Source of the DNA: Eledone cirrhosa | Lineage: Eukaryota | NCBI GenBank assembly: GCA_964016885.1 | Contig: OZ024741.1 | Coordinates: forward strand, 176,328,001-176,392,000 | Direction of reading: 5' to 3' | DNA: 64,000 nucleotides | Shown: positions 12,351 to 25,673 of the stretch, piece by piece | How the letters are laid out: every line of letters starts with the position of its first letter | Position numbering within the stretch: position 1 is the stretch's first letter | The notes under the pieces: model-generated | Seen by the model: the letters and a program-made list of their open reading frames with translations, nothing else | What the model was told of the DNA's origin: nothing | The model's database searches: none | Position numbers and translations under genes: made by a program

Positions 12351-12593
12351 AATTATAGCAGGTACAGTGAACTTTTTAAAATTTATTTTTAAACTTTTTC
12401 TTATTTGATAAACCTTGATTATATATTACATATGGCGGGTTAATAACTTAACAAGTCAGAACATATAAAATCAAGGTCTAGCAAATAGAGAATATATTCA
12501 CAGACTCACGGTATAAGGCACACCCACATATATACGGTAAAAAAAGTGTGTGCATAGACATATTTAAATGGTTATAAAAACTAACAGCGTACA

Positions 12594-12630
<37 letters not shown>

Positions 12631-13163
12631 AGTATAAAAAGGACGATTGATTATTCCTTCATTGCATTTATTGAGAGGTGACGCGCGTTTCGCCACTGAT
12701 CAGCTCAAGGTTTGATCTATATCGATCCTACCCGACTTAATAATCCGCAGCTCGATGGACCTTCCCAAAATGCTATAAGAAAATGAAATACATGCTATGT
12801 GATAAAGTCAGATATTCAAGAGTTTGACAAAATGAGTTGTTTTGATTGGTGGGAGGGTCAAGGCGATGTACTGGCCTGTAGTGTATATGGGGGTGGGTGT
12901 GATGGTGAGATGTTGGTGACGATGGGTGGATGAGATGGGCTGTGGTGTGGTGGTGGTTGATTGGCCTTGGTGTGTAGAGTATGTGTGGGTGTGGGTGTCA
13001 TGATATGGTGGTGGTTATGGTTGCTTATTGGGATGGGCTGTGGTATGGGGTTAGTAGGTTGTCAGTAGACGGGTTGGCGTGTGTGTTGGTGTGTGGTATT
13101 GGTGCCGCTGTCTATGTTAGTGGCGTTTGTGGTGGTGTGGCGGATGTATTAGTTACACCCCCT

Positions 13164-13200
<37 letters not shown>

Positions 13201-13202
13201 TA

Positions 13203-13562
13203 TCTTTTATACCATAAACGTGGTTTTGTCTTTGCGTGTAATTGTTTTTCACCGCTCCAAATAATGACGTATTATATTCGTTTATTCCCGTTCTTTGCCA
13301 GGGAACGTTTCCACGAACCAAAGTATCGTATTCCTGTCTTCCTCCGGTTGCAACATTTTTTGAAATATTCACTTCTGCGTTCACAGATTGACTTTGTTAG
13401 TTTCAGAAGATCCCCTTAAGGGTGAAAGCAGCGATTCTTTGCTTAAACTTTAATCTGTTATTTTAATAAATTTTTGCTCTACAGTTCTTATATATTTGAT
13501 ATATATTTATCCTTATCGCGTCCTCTTTGGATTTTAGTGTTCAATTTTTTATTATTACTATA
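13203..13562 (+). mobile_element. Solo pLTR of the PLE family at 42425-46215, between (TA)n tracts, with an HHR variant at 13399-13449
   Basis: Colinear with 44213-44572. Contains AGUUU-CAGAAGA-UCCC..GGGU-GAAA-GCA..UGC-UU-AAACU. Confidence 0.85.
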
Positions 13563-14257
13563 TATATATATATGATAAAAATAAAGATGAAATAAAAAAA
13601 CAAAAAATAAAAAATAAGAATGTTCAGCAAGCAATACACGGATACATTAGGTGAAAGATACAAATATTGGCCAGAAAATGATGATTTCTGCAGAATGAAA
13701 TAGCTCTAGTCCTGTAGAAGCCATTTCTATATTAAATATATATATATACTTGAATATATGAGAGATCAACACAGATATAAGTATACATATGTTCCAATTG
13801 CAAATGACCAAGTTAGCTAGCTTGAAAAAATACTAATTTAAAACAATATGATTTGCTTGACTCGATTTAAAGTAATAAATCAATAAAAATGACAAACCTA
13901 TATCGGGCAACAGCCTTCGATACCAAGACACACATAATCTGTTCCGCAACATTTATTAAGTAAAAGCCACAATTCCTGTGCTCTTCAGTAGGTATCTAGA
14001 AAATTCGTACCTTTCACTTCAAAGGTTCTAAGAAGACTGAACGATATGCTGATATAAAAGCACATGTCGCAGCGCCTAGCGCGTCTCATACTTATGCCGC
14101 TAAAAATAGCAGCCGGGTTTATGAGACTAAAGTTAGCTCTACGTAAGGAGCCGAGAATATCATAGATTGAGTTAGAAACTCAAAATAGTTTTTTACAATT
14201 AAATAGCTCAAAGAAGGGAATATATAAATATATGTATAAATATATTATTATTATTAT

Positions 14258-14344
<87 letters not shown>

Positions 14345-14388
14345 ATATATATAGTAATAATAATAAATTTGAAGACTAAAATCCAAAG

Positions 14389-14467
<79 letters not shown>

Positions 14468-14504
14468 TATTATTATGTAATTAAATATATATATATATAT
14501 ATAT

Positions 14505-15827
14505 ATTTAAATAATCCAAACTTAGATAGATTAAGGAAAACGATTATAAAATTCTTTAATGATTTAGGCCTTAGCATTACTTTTGAACCTAACTCTAAAA
14601 GAGTCAACTTCTTGGATGTATCGTTCAACCTTAACTCAGGACTAATGGAACCCTTTCATAAGAATAATGAAAATTTAGCTTACAACGATTATAACTTTAA
14701 CCACCCTAGATCCATAATTAACTCCATAGCACGTAGTATATCCCTTAGAATCTCGCGCCTATCTTCTAATCTGGACATTTTTAACGAACATGTTAACTAC
14801 TACAACATAGCCTTACTTAAGGCAGGCCACAAAGAGCGATTCAAATACATGCCAGATACAAAAAAATAGCAACACACTTAATATGAATAACACTATCCAC
14901 ACCTATAGAAACAACAAACCTAGGACTAAACATAGAAATTGGCAGCAAACACGAATTTAAATGAACAGAATGCTAATATAAAAACCACTAATAACCATAG
15001 AAGATGCAGAAATAGAAACTACTTATGGTTTAATCCAATGTTTAACTCCTCTATAAAAACTAAGCTATCTTTCACTTTTTTCAAATTAGTTGACAAACAC
15101 TTCCCTAAAATTCATAAATATCATAAAATCTTTAATAGAAAAAACTATCAAACTATCATACTCCACTTCCAACAACATAGAATCGCACATTCATAAAATT
15201 AACTATAAAAGAATTTATAATTCTAGTAGCCTGCAAATAAGTACCATAACGCCAAATACAAAAGATAAGCAAATAACAACATAGCAACCAAACACAAGCC
15301 AGAGCACACCAACACAATACATCAACAAACCCAATTCACAGCCCATACATAGCAACCTACAAAACCAGATAGTAGAACCGGCGCATAGAAAAGCATCTAA
15401 ATGTAACTGCCATCTACCTGACAAATGCCCTCTACAAAACAGATGCCTAGAGACAAATATAGTATACCTATGTACAATAAATTCTGGTAGCTTGGCATGG
15501 TATTACATTGGTTCCACAGCTGGTGAATTTAAGAAAATGTGGTACGTACACAGACATTCTATGACTAACAAGAATCTCTCGAATACAACAACTCTCGCCA
15601 ATAAAATCTGGCAACTCAAGAATGCAAACATAGAATATGAAATCAGCTGGACAAAACTGTCAAAAGCAAGGGCCTATCAAATTGGTATGTCCCACTGAAG
15701 TCTCTGTAATATGGAACTTTTCCAACTTCTAAATTTCAACAAAATTCTTCTTAACAGTAAAATTGAACGAACTATTTTTTGTCGGCATAAATCAGCAACG
15801 AAATTCGAGAACTTTAGACCAGCTTAA
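14505..15827 (+). pseudogene. 5'-truncated Naiad-type PLE ORF (RT thumb, linker, GIY-YIG EN), frameshifted
   Basis: [33 protein letters not shown]; LWFNP.F; KCNCHLPDKCPL; IVY..YYIGST.GEFK; H*SLC.ME; C.HK. Starts at a (TA)n tract. Confidence 0.9.
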
Positions 15828-16310
15828 TTCCACCTTATCTAGTGCATAACCCTGAGTGTACCATTTGGATTTACTACGATATCACATTATCAGCAGCATC
15901 TTCACCATTATAATTACGAAAGATCATCATCAAAACCTCTTATATTTACATTCTTATTTTATATATCTCTATCTTTCACTATATTTCTTTGCACTTCTCT
16001 CCCTAAACTTATTCCATCTCGGTCATTTTATCTTATAATATAATATATCTTAAAACTAGTTAATTTACTTATTAAAATATCCAATACACACAAATATATT
16101 TAACATTATCATATTTACAACTATCCATATATTTAACAATTATCAATAACTATTCTCAATAAATCTTAACATGTTTAAATATTCTCCGTACTTTTTTTAC
16201 ACATTTATCTATTTACATCTCCACTTTCCATATATTATACCATTTTATATTACATTAGATATAATTTATTTATTTATCTATTTATTTATTTATTTATTTA
16301 TTTATCTACC

Positions 16311-16744
16311 TTTAGGAGAGATGGTCACCAATTAGAAGGCTGCGTTGTTTTACGATTTAGAGGGGAGTTCGTTTCCCTAACTTGGCTGATAGAACATCTC
16401 TTCTATTTGGTGTTAAGTGTAGGTAAATAATTAAGCAAAAAGAACATACCTCGAGATTATATGTACATGAGCATTTTATTCAGAGCAATAAACAAAACAG
16501 GTTATCATATCAGTTGCTCCTTCATTGGTAGTTCGTAATTACCATTTCGTGGCGGTGTTCAAATATCCCGTTACCGCATGGTGCAATATCGCTGTTTCGC
16601 CACAGTGAAAGGCGTCTGCTCGCATCAACACACAAAGTTGGATAGAGAGTGTATTCAGCTACTAACGTCGGGACGTGACGTCAGAACTAAGGGCAGTTAA
16701 TCGACTGCCTCCAAAGTCAAAGCTAGGTGGCGTAATCTTCTACA
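16311..16744 (-). repeat. 3' LTR of the Gypsy element
   Basis: Direct repeat of 21072-21507. Starts TGTAG on the minus strand and is preceded by a purine-rich PPT-like GGTGGGAGACCA. Confidence 0.95.
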
Positions 16745-17339
16745 TGGTCTCCCACCAGATTTTTAGAAAAAGAAATAAAAATCGTTTCATCGGACCATGT
16801 ATGTAGAAGAACAATGAGCAACTAACAAAAACCCCAAACCAAGGAGCAATCAGTCCAACCGAGCATGACGGGCACAACAAATGTCAAAAGAACATATGAA
16901 ACAAGCATGCAAGAACGAGAAAGAAAACATTATAATAAAATGTAAATACAATTTTAAAAGTTCAAATAGTTCAAATAGAAAATACAGGATTAAAGCGCCG
17001 CACAATTGCAGCTTAAAAATATACAGTGATACACGTTAGACGACGTTTATTTGTGTGTATATGACTTGCTTAAATATTCAGAAGAATACGAATGGCTGGT
17101 GCGTGTTTGTACAAGCAGCAAACAAAAGGCAAGGCACACAAAAATGTAACAACAGAAACATGCAGAACAATCAATAAAATGCAACAAATCGTAAGAAAGA
17201 CAGAAGCAAAGGGCTGCAACAAGGGCAGCTTAAATGTACACAGTTTGACACAGTTTGTTTCAAAAAGTCTCCAGTGGCCAGTTCATATAATAAAAGTTTG
17301 GAAGAGTTCTTCAGGCCAGTGGACTCTTCGAGCGGAACG

Positions 17340-20330
17340 GGTCGTAGTCTTGTATCTTGGTGATGGGGGTGCCAAAGAAACAGGTGTGTGTGCAAAATAG
17401 AAAGATGGGGTGTATGTGGCTCAAGTGTGTGAGCATCTGTGTAGGGTCCGTTTAAGTTTATCAACCGAAATGGTCTCTCTGGATCCCTTAATGTCTACAG
17501 TGAAATGTTTATCACAACGAGTAGGGTCCAGAGTACGGTTGTGTGAGAGGTGGTCTCACAGCATCGTTTCTTACGAACACATGGGTCCACCAGGCAATAT
17601 CCCTCGGGACTGCAGATTTTACAGTTTGTTTTCTCGTATCCATCGGCGGCAGGTCCTGAAAATAAGAACGCAGACGGGATACGTAGGAAAGCGGATCTTT
17701 TGCAGCAAGATAGAGAGGGGCAAGCATTTTCCCAGGTAAAGCTAGAGGATCACCATATAATATTACGGCCGGGGGGGGGGGGGGGAGCCCAAGGTCCTCC
17801 TTTATGGTTGACCGAATCCCCAACAACACAATAGGGAGGTACTCGCTGCAACGCGTAGAGTCAGGAGAAGTCCGTAGAGCGGCTTTAATTGTCGGTGGAA
17901 GCGCTCCTCCATTCCATTAGAGGCAGGATGATATGCAGTCGTTCAGATGCGTTTAGCGCCGATGATTTTCGTTAATTCATGGAAGAGATTCGATTGAAAC
18001 TGCCTTTCACGGTCCGTGCTAATTGACGTTGGTACTCCATATCGAGCGGTCCATCCAGACACAGGGGCACCCGCTGTCTTTCAAGTGATATCTTTCAAGG
18101 GGATGGCTTCAGGCCATCGCGAAAAACAATCGATAACAGTCAATATGTAATTATGACCACCGCTGATTGGCCAAGGTCCCACGATGTTCACATGAATGTG
18201 GCGAAACCGAGCGTCCGAGTTACTAAAATTACCCAGAGGAGTCTTAACATGCCTGTGAACTTTTGATTTCTGGCAAGCGACACAGGAACGGCACCAAACA
18301 GTAATATCACGTCTCATATTTGGCCAGAAGAATCTAGCCGTTATGAGTTTTACTGAGGCAGAAGATCCTGGATGTGAAATGCCGTGTAAAACAAGAAACA
18401 CATTTCGACGATGGTTCAACGGAACAAAAGGGCGTGGCGCATCCAAAGAGACGTCGCAGAGGATCCGTCCGTCTGCGGTCGATAATGGTAGGTATTTCAT
18501 CCTGAAATTCACAAATTCACACGATGTAACATCCAACGATTCGAGGGTAGGCTGATCGGCTGCCAAGCGATTCAAGTCTATGTCATCGGACGACGAGATC
18601 GAAGCCATCGGCAATCGAGACAGGGCGTCGGCCGCTGTATTCATAGAACCCGGAAAATGTTGAATATCATTGGTAAATTGTGAGATGAGGTCGAGTTGTC
18701 TAGTTTCTCTGGGCGAGTATTTGTCGGCCTTTTCTTGCAAGGCAAATGTCAGCGGCTTGTGGTCCGTGAAGATCCTTCAAGCATATGCAAATAATGCTTC
18801 GCCGATAAGTATATAGCTAACAACTCCCGTCCAAAGGTGCTGTAGCGGGTTTCGGCAGGTTTCAGCTTCCTGGAGAAAAATTCCAACGGTTGCTGTTGGT
18901 CATTCCTACTTTGTTGCAAAACTGCGCCCACGGTAGTATCCGAAGCATCAACACAAAGCGAAAGCTTAGCATTGGACACTGGGTGAGCCAGCAAAGATGC
19001 ATTGGCTAGAGCAATTTTCGCATTCTCAAAATCCTCGAGCTGAGTTTCATTCAAAGAAATGTCATTATTTTTCGTTCGGCAATTTTTTAAAATGTCCGTC
19101 AAAGAGAAGACTAGCTTAGCACAATTAGGCACAAACCGCCTATAAAAATTAATCAGCCCCAAGAATTGGCGCAACTGACGGAGTGAGGTTGGTGGAGGCA
19201 AATCCCCTATAGCTTTAACTCTCTCAGGAATAGGTCGAATACCGTCAGCGTCAATGACGTGGCCCCAAAAATTCAGAGACTCGGAACCAAAAACACATTT
19301 TGATGGATTAATCCGAACATTGTAATCCTTCAAACGACAAAATAGAAGGTCCAGATGGCGCAAATGTTGCTCTGGAGAAGAGCTAGTAACAAGATCATCA
19401 ATATATGTGTATACAAAATCGAGGCCGCCAGTGACTTCATACATAAATCGCTGGAAGGTGCTAGCAGCATTTCTTAACCCGAAAGGCATGGTGAGAAATT
19501 CAAAAGATCCAAATGCCATAGTTATAGCCGTTTTCGGGATGTCGTCTCTGTTGAGAGGAATCTGGTTGTAGGCTCGTATCAAACCGAATTTCGAAAAAAT
19601 GTTACAACCTTGCAACGAGGATGCAAAACCTGCAGATGAGGGATAGGATACAGATCCAGTACGGTCATCGAGTTCATTCATCTATAATCCCCTGTGGGTC
19701 TCCAATCGCCAGAAGATTTTGGCACCATATGTAATGGAGATGCCCATGGTCTCTTGGAAAGACGAATAATTCCGAGTTGCAGCATATGATCGAACTAGGA
19801 CCGTGCTGCTTTCAGTTTGCCCGCTGGCAATCGACGGGGACGCGAAAAAACCGGAGCGCAAGGAGTAGTAATGAAATGCTCCGTGGCGTGGTTCGGACCA
19901 GTGACTCTAAAATTTCCATGAGTCAGTTGCGGGAACGATTTCAACAATCCATGATATGGGTTTCCGAAGATAGGGATGAAGAATATCAGGCTAACTCTAG
20001 AATTTCTGCTGTCCTGCCACAAAGAGAAAACCAGTAATATCGTCGACTAGTCCTTGGTGACGGACGTCCACCGTCAAAGAAAAGTGGTGCAGGAAGTCCG
20101 CGCCCAAAATCGGGTATGGCAGGTCGGCAACAGTGAAAACCCATTTGAAATCCCGACGAAGATTTCGAAACTGTAGAGGAGGCGAGATCTGTCCAAAAGT
20201 TCGGATTGGTGACTCGTTGACAGCTTGCAATTCAATCGACGACTCGGGAGGAGTTACTGTCATACAATTAACAGGCCAAATACTGCACGAGCTCCTGTGT
20301 CTACGAGGAAGGCTCTTCCAGACAGGAGGT
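17340..20330 (-). pseudogene. pol: Gypsy pol (protease, RT, RNase H, integrase) with multiple frameshifts
   Basis: LVDTGA protease, PFGLRNA...YIDD RT, CVDASD...YSTFGRELLAIY RNase H, H-x3-H..C-x2-C integrase zinc finger, and PYSGPY (GPY/F). Confidence 0.92.
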
Positions 20331-20386
20331 CCTCTATGTGAAAAAATGGCGCTTCTGTTGTGTCTCGCAGAGTTCATTTGCCACAT

Positions 20387-20620
20387 TTAGTGACTCTGAT
20401 CTACATTTCCAGAAGCTGAATATTTACATGGAGGCCGGCAATGTTTTGCCTTCTCCGCGAAGGCGGCATGATACCAGCCAAATAATGGATTGCTGGCGGG
20501 CGAAGTAGTATGCCGACATGGATGCGCGAAAGAACGCGAACGACTCCTAGGCCGCCGGGAATACGGCCTATTCTCCCTGCATAAACGAGCGACTTGTTGT
20601 ATCAAAGCGTCAATAACCTT
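20387..20620 (-). pseudogene. gag: Gypsy gag C-terminal remnant
   Basis: RSRSRS-rich segment followed by (C)WYH..F...A..C..PC. The rest of gag is not recognisable. Confidence 0.7.
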
Positions 20621-21052
20621 TAACATGAAGAACGGAAAAAAAATAAATGTTCTCAAGTGTCCACGACACGGAAAATAATCCGGCGAATTTGACAAGTCAA
20701 ATCACTTCATGGCAGGAACTCTAAAAAAAAAATATATATCGACAGCATATCACGCTGCTCAGTTAAGGTCGGGAAAAAACGGCATCACGTGATGCGTCTC
20801 AGTCAATCAGATGGCTGCATTTCGGAGAAGGAAGACAATTGGCGGGAAAATTATCGGCCATTACAAAAATTAAGAATTCTTCTTTTTCTTTTGGTTTGTC
20901 TGCTTAAAGAAAATGTTCAAAAATGTTGATAATCATTTTTGTTGTTGTTATATATTCACTGACCACAGAATAGCATAATAGAGAATATAAGTGTTTCGCT
21001 GATAAATGTTCAACCACATGTATTATCAGAAGGTTGCCATTTTATAGAGTTC

Positions 21053-21070
21053 GATGCTCGGGGTCAACCA
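21053..21070 (-). other. Primer binding site, tRNA-Trp-like
   Basis: The minus strand reads TGGTTGACCCCGAGC 1 nt after the 5' LTR, similar to the tRNA-Trp-type PBS TGGTGACCCCGA. Confidence 0.65.
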
Positions 21071-21071
21071 C

Positions 21072-21507
21072 TTTACGAGAGATGGTCACCAATTTTAGAA
21101 AGCTGCGTTGTTTTACGATTTAGAGGGGAGTTCGTTTCTCTAGCTTGGCTGCTAGAACATCTCTTCTATTTGGTGTTAGGTGTAGGTAAACAATTAAGCA
21201 AAAAGAACATACCTCGAGATTATATGTACATGAGCATTTTATTCAGAGCAATAAACAAAACAGGTTATCATATCAGTTGCTCCTTCATTGGTTATTCGTA
21301 ATTACCATTTTGTGGCGGTGTTCAAATATCCCGTGACCTCATGGTGCAATATCGCTGTTTCGCCACAGTGAAAGGCGTCTGCTCGCATCAACACACAAAG
21401 TTGGAAAGAGGGTGTATTCAGCTACTGACGTCAGAACGTGACGTCAGAACTAAGCGCAGTTAATCGACTGCCTCCAAAGTCAAAGCTAGGTGGCGTGATC
21501 TTCTACA
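21072..21507 (-). repeat. 5' LTR of the Gypsy element
   Basis: Direct repeat of 16311-16744 with scattered substitutions. Confidence 0.95.
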
Positions 21508-21966
21508 TACCAATGTTTTATATATATATTTTAATATATTTTTCATTCATTTCCTCATATATTTCTATATATATCTATCTTTTTTTTACTTACATTTATT
21601 CATGTATTAACCTTCTCCTCTCCATCTTATTTCTACTTGTGCTTGTCTATCATACTCGCCTGTTTGTCTGTTTTCATTCTTCTCTCTATCCTACGATATC
21701 TCTCCTTGTGTTTTTCTATCTTATTTTTAGCTGTAATAATTTTCTTCTCTTCTTCTTCTTTCTCTATCTCTTATTTTTCCTTCTTCGACTTTCTCTATAT
21801 CTTTTTCTTTTTCCTTCTTCGTCTTTCTTCTTCCCTTCCTTTCTATCTTTACTATATCTATCCCCCTTCCTTTTTTTCTCTCTATATCTTTATTATTAAT
21901 ATTATTATTGATGCTGTAATTTGAATTTGTACACTTGCCGGTTACGCATATATTTATATTTTTTCT

Positions 21967-22075
21967 CAGTCTCTGAAGATATGATGAGGACAACATGTAT
22001 TTTAAATTGGGTGGTACTACTTTCAGTGTTTAGCAATTTTTAGACAACACTATCATTGAAACAATTGTTAGACTG
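21967..22075 (+). ncRNA. Type I hammerhead ribozyme with a long stem II, at the likely 3' end of the PLE that begins at 14505
   Basis: Stem I CAGUCU/AGACUG, core CUGAAGA (21973-21979), about 78 nt of stem II closed by AUGAU/AUCAU, and GAAA-CAAUUG-UU with a palindromic stem III. Confidence 0.8.
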
Positions 22076-22879
22076 TAAACGAATCTCCTTTTTTGTACTG
22101 TTGACCATGTTATTCTCCAGTTTTTCAATTTTATATATATATATGTATCTATATATATATATATATATTTAACTTTATACATAAACAGCGAAAGCTAATA
22201 GCGATACTCCGACCAACTTCCATCTCACTCAACAAACATTAGGAAATACCTAAGTATATTCCCAATTATATGTTTGGGGTGCTAACTATATTGTATTATG
22301 TGGAAAGTCAGCTGTATTATTTTATGAGACATAATTAAATAAATCTCACTTTCCGTACGATCGTTTCGTTATAAGATTTCTACAAGGTGGGAGAAATAAG
22401 TCCAAGTTATGTAGAATCTTGCCTATGATCATCAGATTTACTTGAAAGTGGGCTCTTATAACTCGTCAGTGGAATGCCCAGGCAATATCAATATAAAACA
22501 CTACATCGATATTAATATTCAGCGATATTCACCGTCAGTGCTCGAAGAACCACTAAGTTTGAAAGTTCAGCAGTCCTTCAAAAAAATACTCACACTGTCC
22601 CCAAATGGGAAGGGGAAGGTATCGCAAAATATAAAATAATATACACGCAGGTCGTTGAACCCTGTTAGGAATCCAAACCACGTGTTGAGAACTCAACTGG
22701 ATAATAAAAAAACAAAAAATATATGTACGTATTATTTAATTATACCTATACATATTTTCTCAGGCAAAATAACAGACATGAGATACAGGAAGAATCAATC
22801 AATATTTCATATTAAAAAAAAAAAATATATATATATATATATATTTAATTACATAATAAACAACACAGTATCATTATTC

Positions 22880-22948
22880 CATTACATAAGCTTTCTAGAA
22901 GCTATACAATTCTTACAGAAAAGTCTAGCCCGTTCATCAGATGAAATG
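22880..22948 (-). ncRNA. Type I hammerhead ribozyme with a minimal stem III
   Basis: CAUUUCAU-CUGAUGA-...-GAAA-GC-UU-AUGUAAUG. Lies downstream of the minus-strand PLE EN fragment at 24620-25100. Confidence 0.6.
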
Positions 22949-23360
22949 TATTGGATATAAGTTTTGAAATTGCTATCTATTTATAACGGAAATAATATAT
23001 ACAGACATACAAATATACATACATACCCTCACCCATGAAACCACATGGGTGCATCTATATGTACATCCATACACGCTTACATAGAAATATAGAAATAGGT
23101 GCAACAACCACATATATATATTCATACACACACACATCCCCCCCCATACATATATATATATATATTTTTTTCTTATTCTTGTAGCTGTTCCAACCATACG
23201 GCTCACGATAATAGACACACGCTCATATATACGCTAAAAAAGGTTATGCACAGATATATTTAAGTGATTATAAGAATTGACAGCGTTCGAAAACACACAC
23301 GCACACACAGACACACACATACACACACACGCACACACACACACACACACACAGACACAG

Positions 23361-23406
<46 letters not shown>

Positions 23407-23742
23407 CATATATATGATAAAAATAAAGATAGAATAAAAAACAAAAAAAAAGAATGTTTAGCAAGCAATACACGGATACATAAGGTGGGAGGTTCAAATA
23501 TTGGCCAGACAACACCTCGACACACACATATATATACACACACATACATATACACATACACACATACATATACACATACTAACACATATACACACACATA
23601 TACACATACTATACACATACATATAAACATACACATATATATACACACAACATATACACATACACCCACATACATATACACATACACGCACATACATATA
23701 CATATATATACATCTACATCTACACACTCACATACGCATATG

Positions 23743-23806
<64 letters not shown>

Positions 23807-23888
23807 GTCAGTGTAAATATATATAGAAAACTACAATGTGGACATACACATGTATATACATACATATATATATATATTATACACATAA

Positions 23889-23985
<97 letters not shown>

Positions 23986-24619
23986 GTATATATGAGAGTT
24001 TTGAAGTTTGCTCGAAGCATTGTGGAACAATAAGTAAATATCTTTAAGTCGTTTGGAAGCCTCGACAATGCAAATGGGTAAATCTCCGGGTATATATATG
24101 TATATATATATATTCACATACAAATAAACGAATATTTTCACACGTAAGTTCATACATAGAAAAGATACATATATTACCACTCAAAAATATTCATACAACT
24201 CAATGAATATGTTAAGTATATTTGCAGAGAGAAAAAAAAGGAGTTTTCGATGCTATATTTAGAATAATCAAGAGATGAAGTAAGATTTGGATATAAACCA
24301 TATGTATGTGTTATAAGTATAATTAATTGTATGTGAATTTATATAAATATGTGAAATATATGAATAGAATGTAGGAGTGCTCGATTCGCCTTATAGAGTC
24401 ATCAAATGTATATACCTACATACCTAGAAGTGAACATATCCAATATCTGAATGTTATCTGTGTGGTGTAGGTTTAAAAAAAAGTATGTAATTATAAACAA
24501 TAAGTGAGTGGTATAAATGAATGTATGTGATCATATTAAATATGAGTTCAAGGTAGTTAGTGTTAAAGCTACTTCATAATTGAAATATATATTCAGAGTG
24601 GTTGTGTGTCCAAATTTAT

Positions 24620-25100
24620 GCTATTTTTATTCCAACTGGAAGGCAGATGGGGACTACCTATGACAATTTAGAGTTGAGACAATTATTTGGACATTTCCGG
24701 TTCTGAAGAATTCTATATTTCTCACTTATGCCCAAAGTACATTATCTTGTACATTTTGCATACTTTTTTGATTGGTCTAAAATAGACAAATTTATTAAAA
24801 ATGGAATTTCAGGTTCTTTCATCTCACACACTCTGTTTCCAAGTGACGTGGTATTCTTTTTTCAGGATGTGTGAAAGATGTGACATGTGTGTAATAACGT
24901 TGTTTAAATTTATCTTGAGTCATGCCCATATATCGATCACTGTTAACTGTTTGGATGGTGTTTAAAGGTGTCACTGTTGTCTCATATACGATTTTACGTT
25001 GCTTTTGCTCTGTGGAGGACATTCTCCTGCAATTCTGCATGAAGATCCTGGATTTTCTCTGCTTCAAGATTCGATAATATCGCATCAGAGACATTCGCGC
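24620..25100 (-). pseudogene. Decayed Naiad-type GIY-YIG EN fragment related to 33153-33662
   Basis: IVYE..VTP...RYMGMTQDKFKQRYYTHVTSFTHPEKR versus YVGMTQDRFKTRFYSHVASFKHSDKR. Confidence 0.85.
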
Positions 25101-25639
25101 AGCCGCTACTGAGCGTATAGAGATAATATAGAATTTGCGGGATGAACAGTTGATAGAGATGTTCATCTCTATATATATAAGAGACAACAATGACTGGAAA
25201 TGCTCATTTGCATATAGTACGAACTTGGCTGGTAGCTGGAAAATGGTGTTAAACATAAAAATATGAAAACATATACGAAAAAGCATATGCGCGCTTCGTT
25301 ATATAATAAAAAAAGATTGTCATTATAAATAAAAATGCAAATGAGCATTTGAACCATATTTTCGTCACGCAAAATATCTTCCGGCTCTAGTTTATTTTAA
25401 TCGCCCTAAGGTTTGAGTTACTATCACAGATGAGAGGCTAAATCATGTAGTAACAACTATCAGGCATTCTTAACGACCACTAAGATTTCGGACATCTTCA
25501 CAGTGCAAAAAAGAGAAAATTAATTTTGTGGTAACTATAACATGTGGTAACTATAACATGATGGTGAGGTTCTCATAAGTTGTTTATTAATATAAACCTA
25601 TAGTATATGCTTTCATATACATCTATGTTATATATACAT

Positions 25640-25670
<31 letters not shown>

Positions 25671-25673
25671 CTG

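Larger units (their letters stand above)
11772..12492. repeat. Large inverted repeat (about 290-bp arms) with a (TA)n centre and a duplicated inner segment
   Basis: TCTCTATTTGCTAGACCTT...AAGGTCTAGCAAATAGAGA. The arms mirror each other, which is why the + and - ORFs at 11917 and 11946 are nearly identical. Confidence 0.9.
16311..21507 (-). mobile_element. Gypsy/Ty3 LTR retrotransposon, decayed, with a 4-bp TSD TACC
   Basis: Two LTRs of about 435 bp. TACC at 16307-16310 and 21508-21511. pol order is PR-RT-RH-IN. Confidence 0.95.

Noticed and set aside
25478-25505. Minus-strand minimal HHR-like CACU-GUGAAGA-UGUCC-GAAAUCUU-AGUG
   Set aside because: The core and stem III are both imperfect, so it could be chance.
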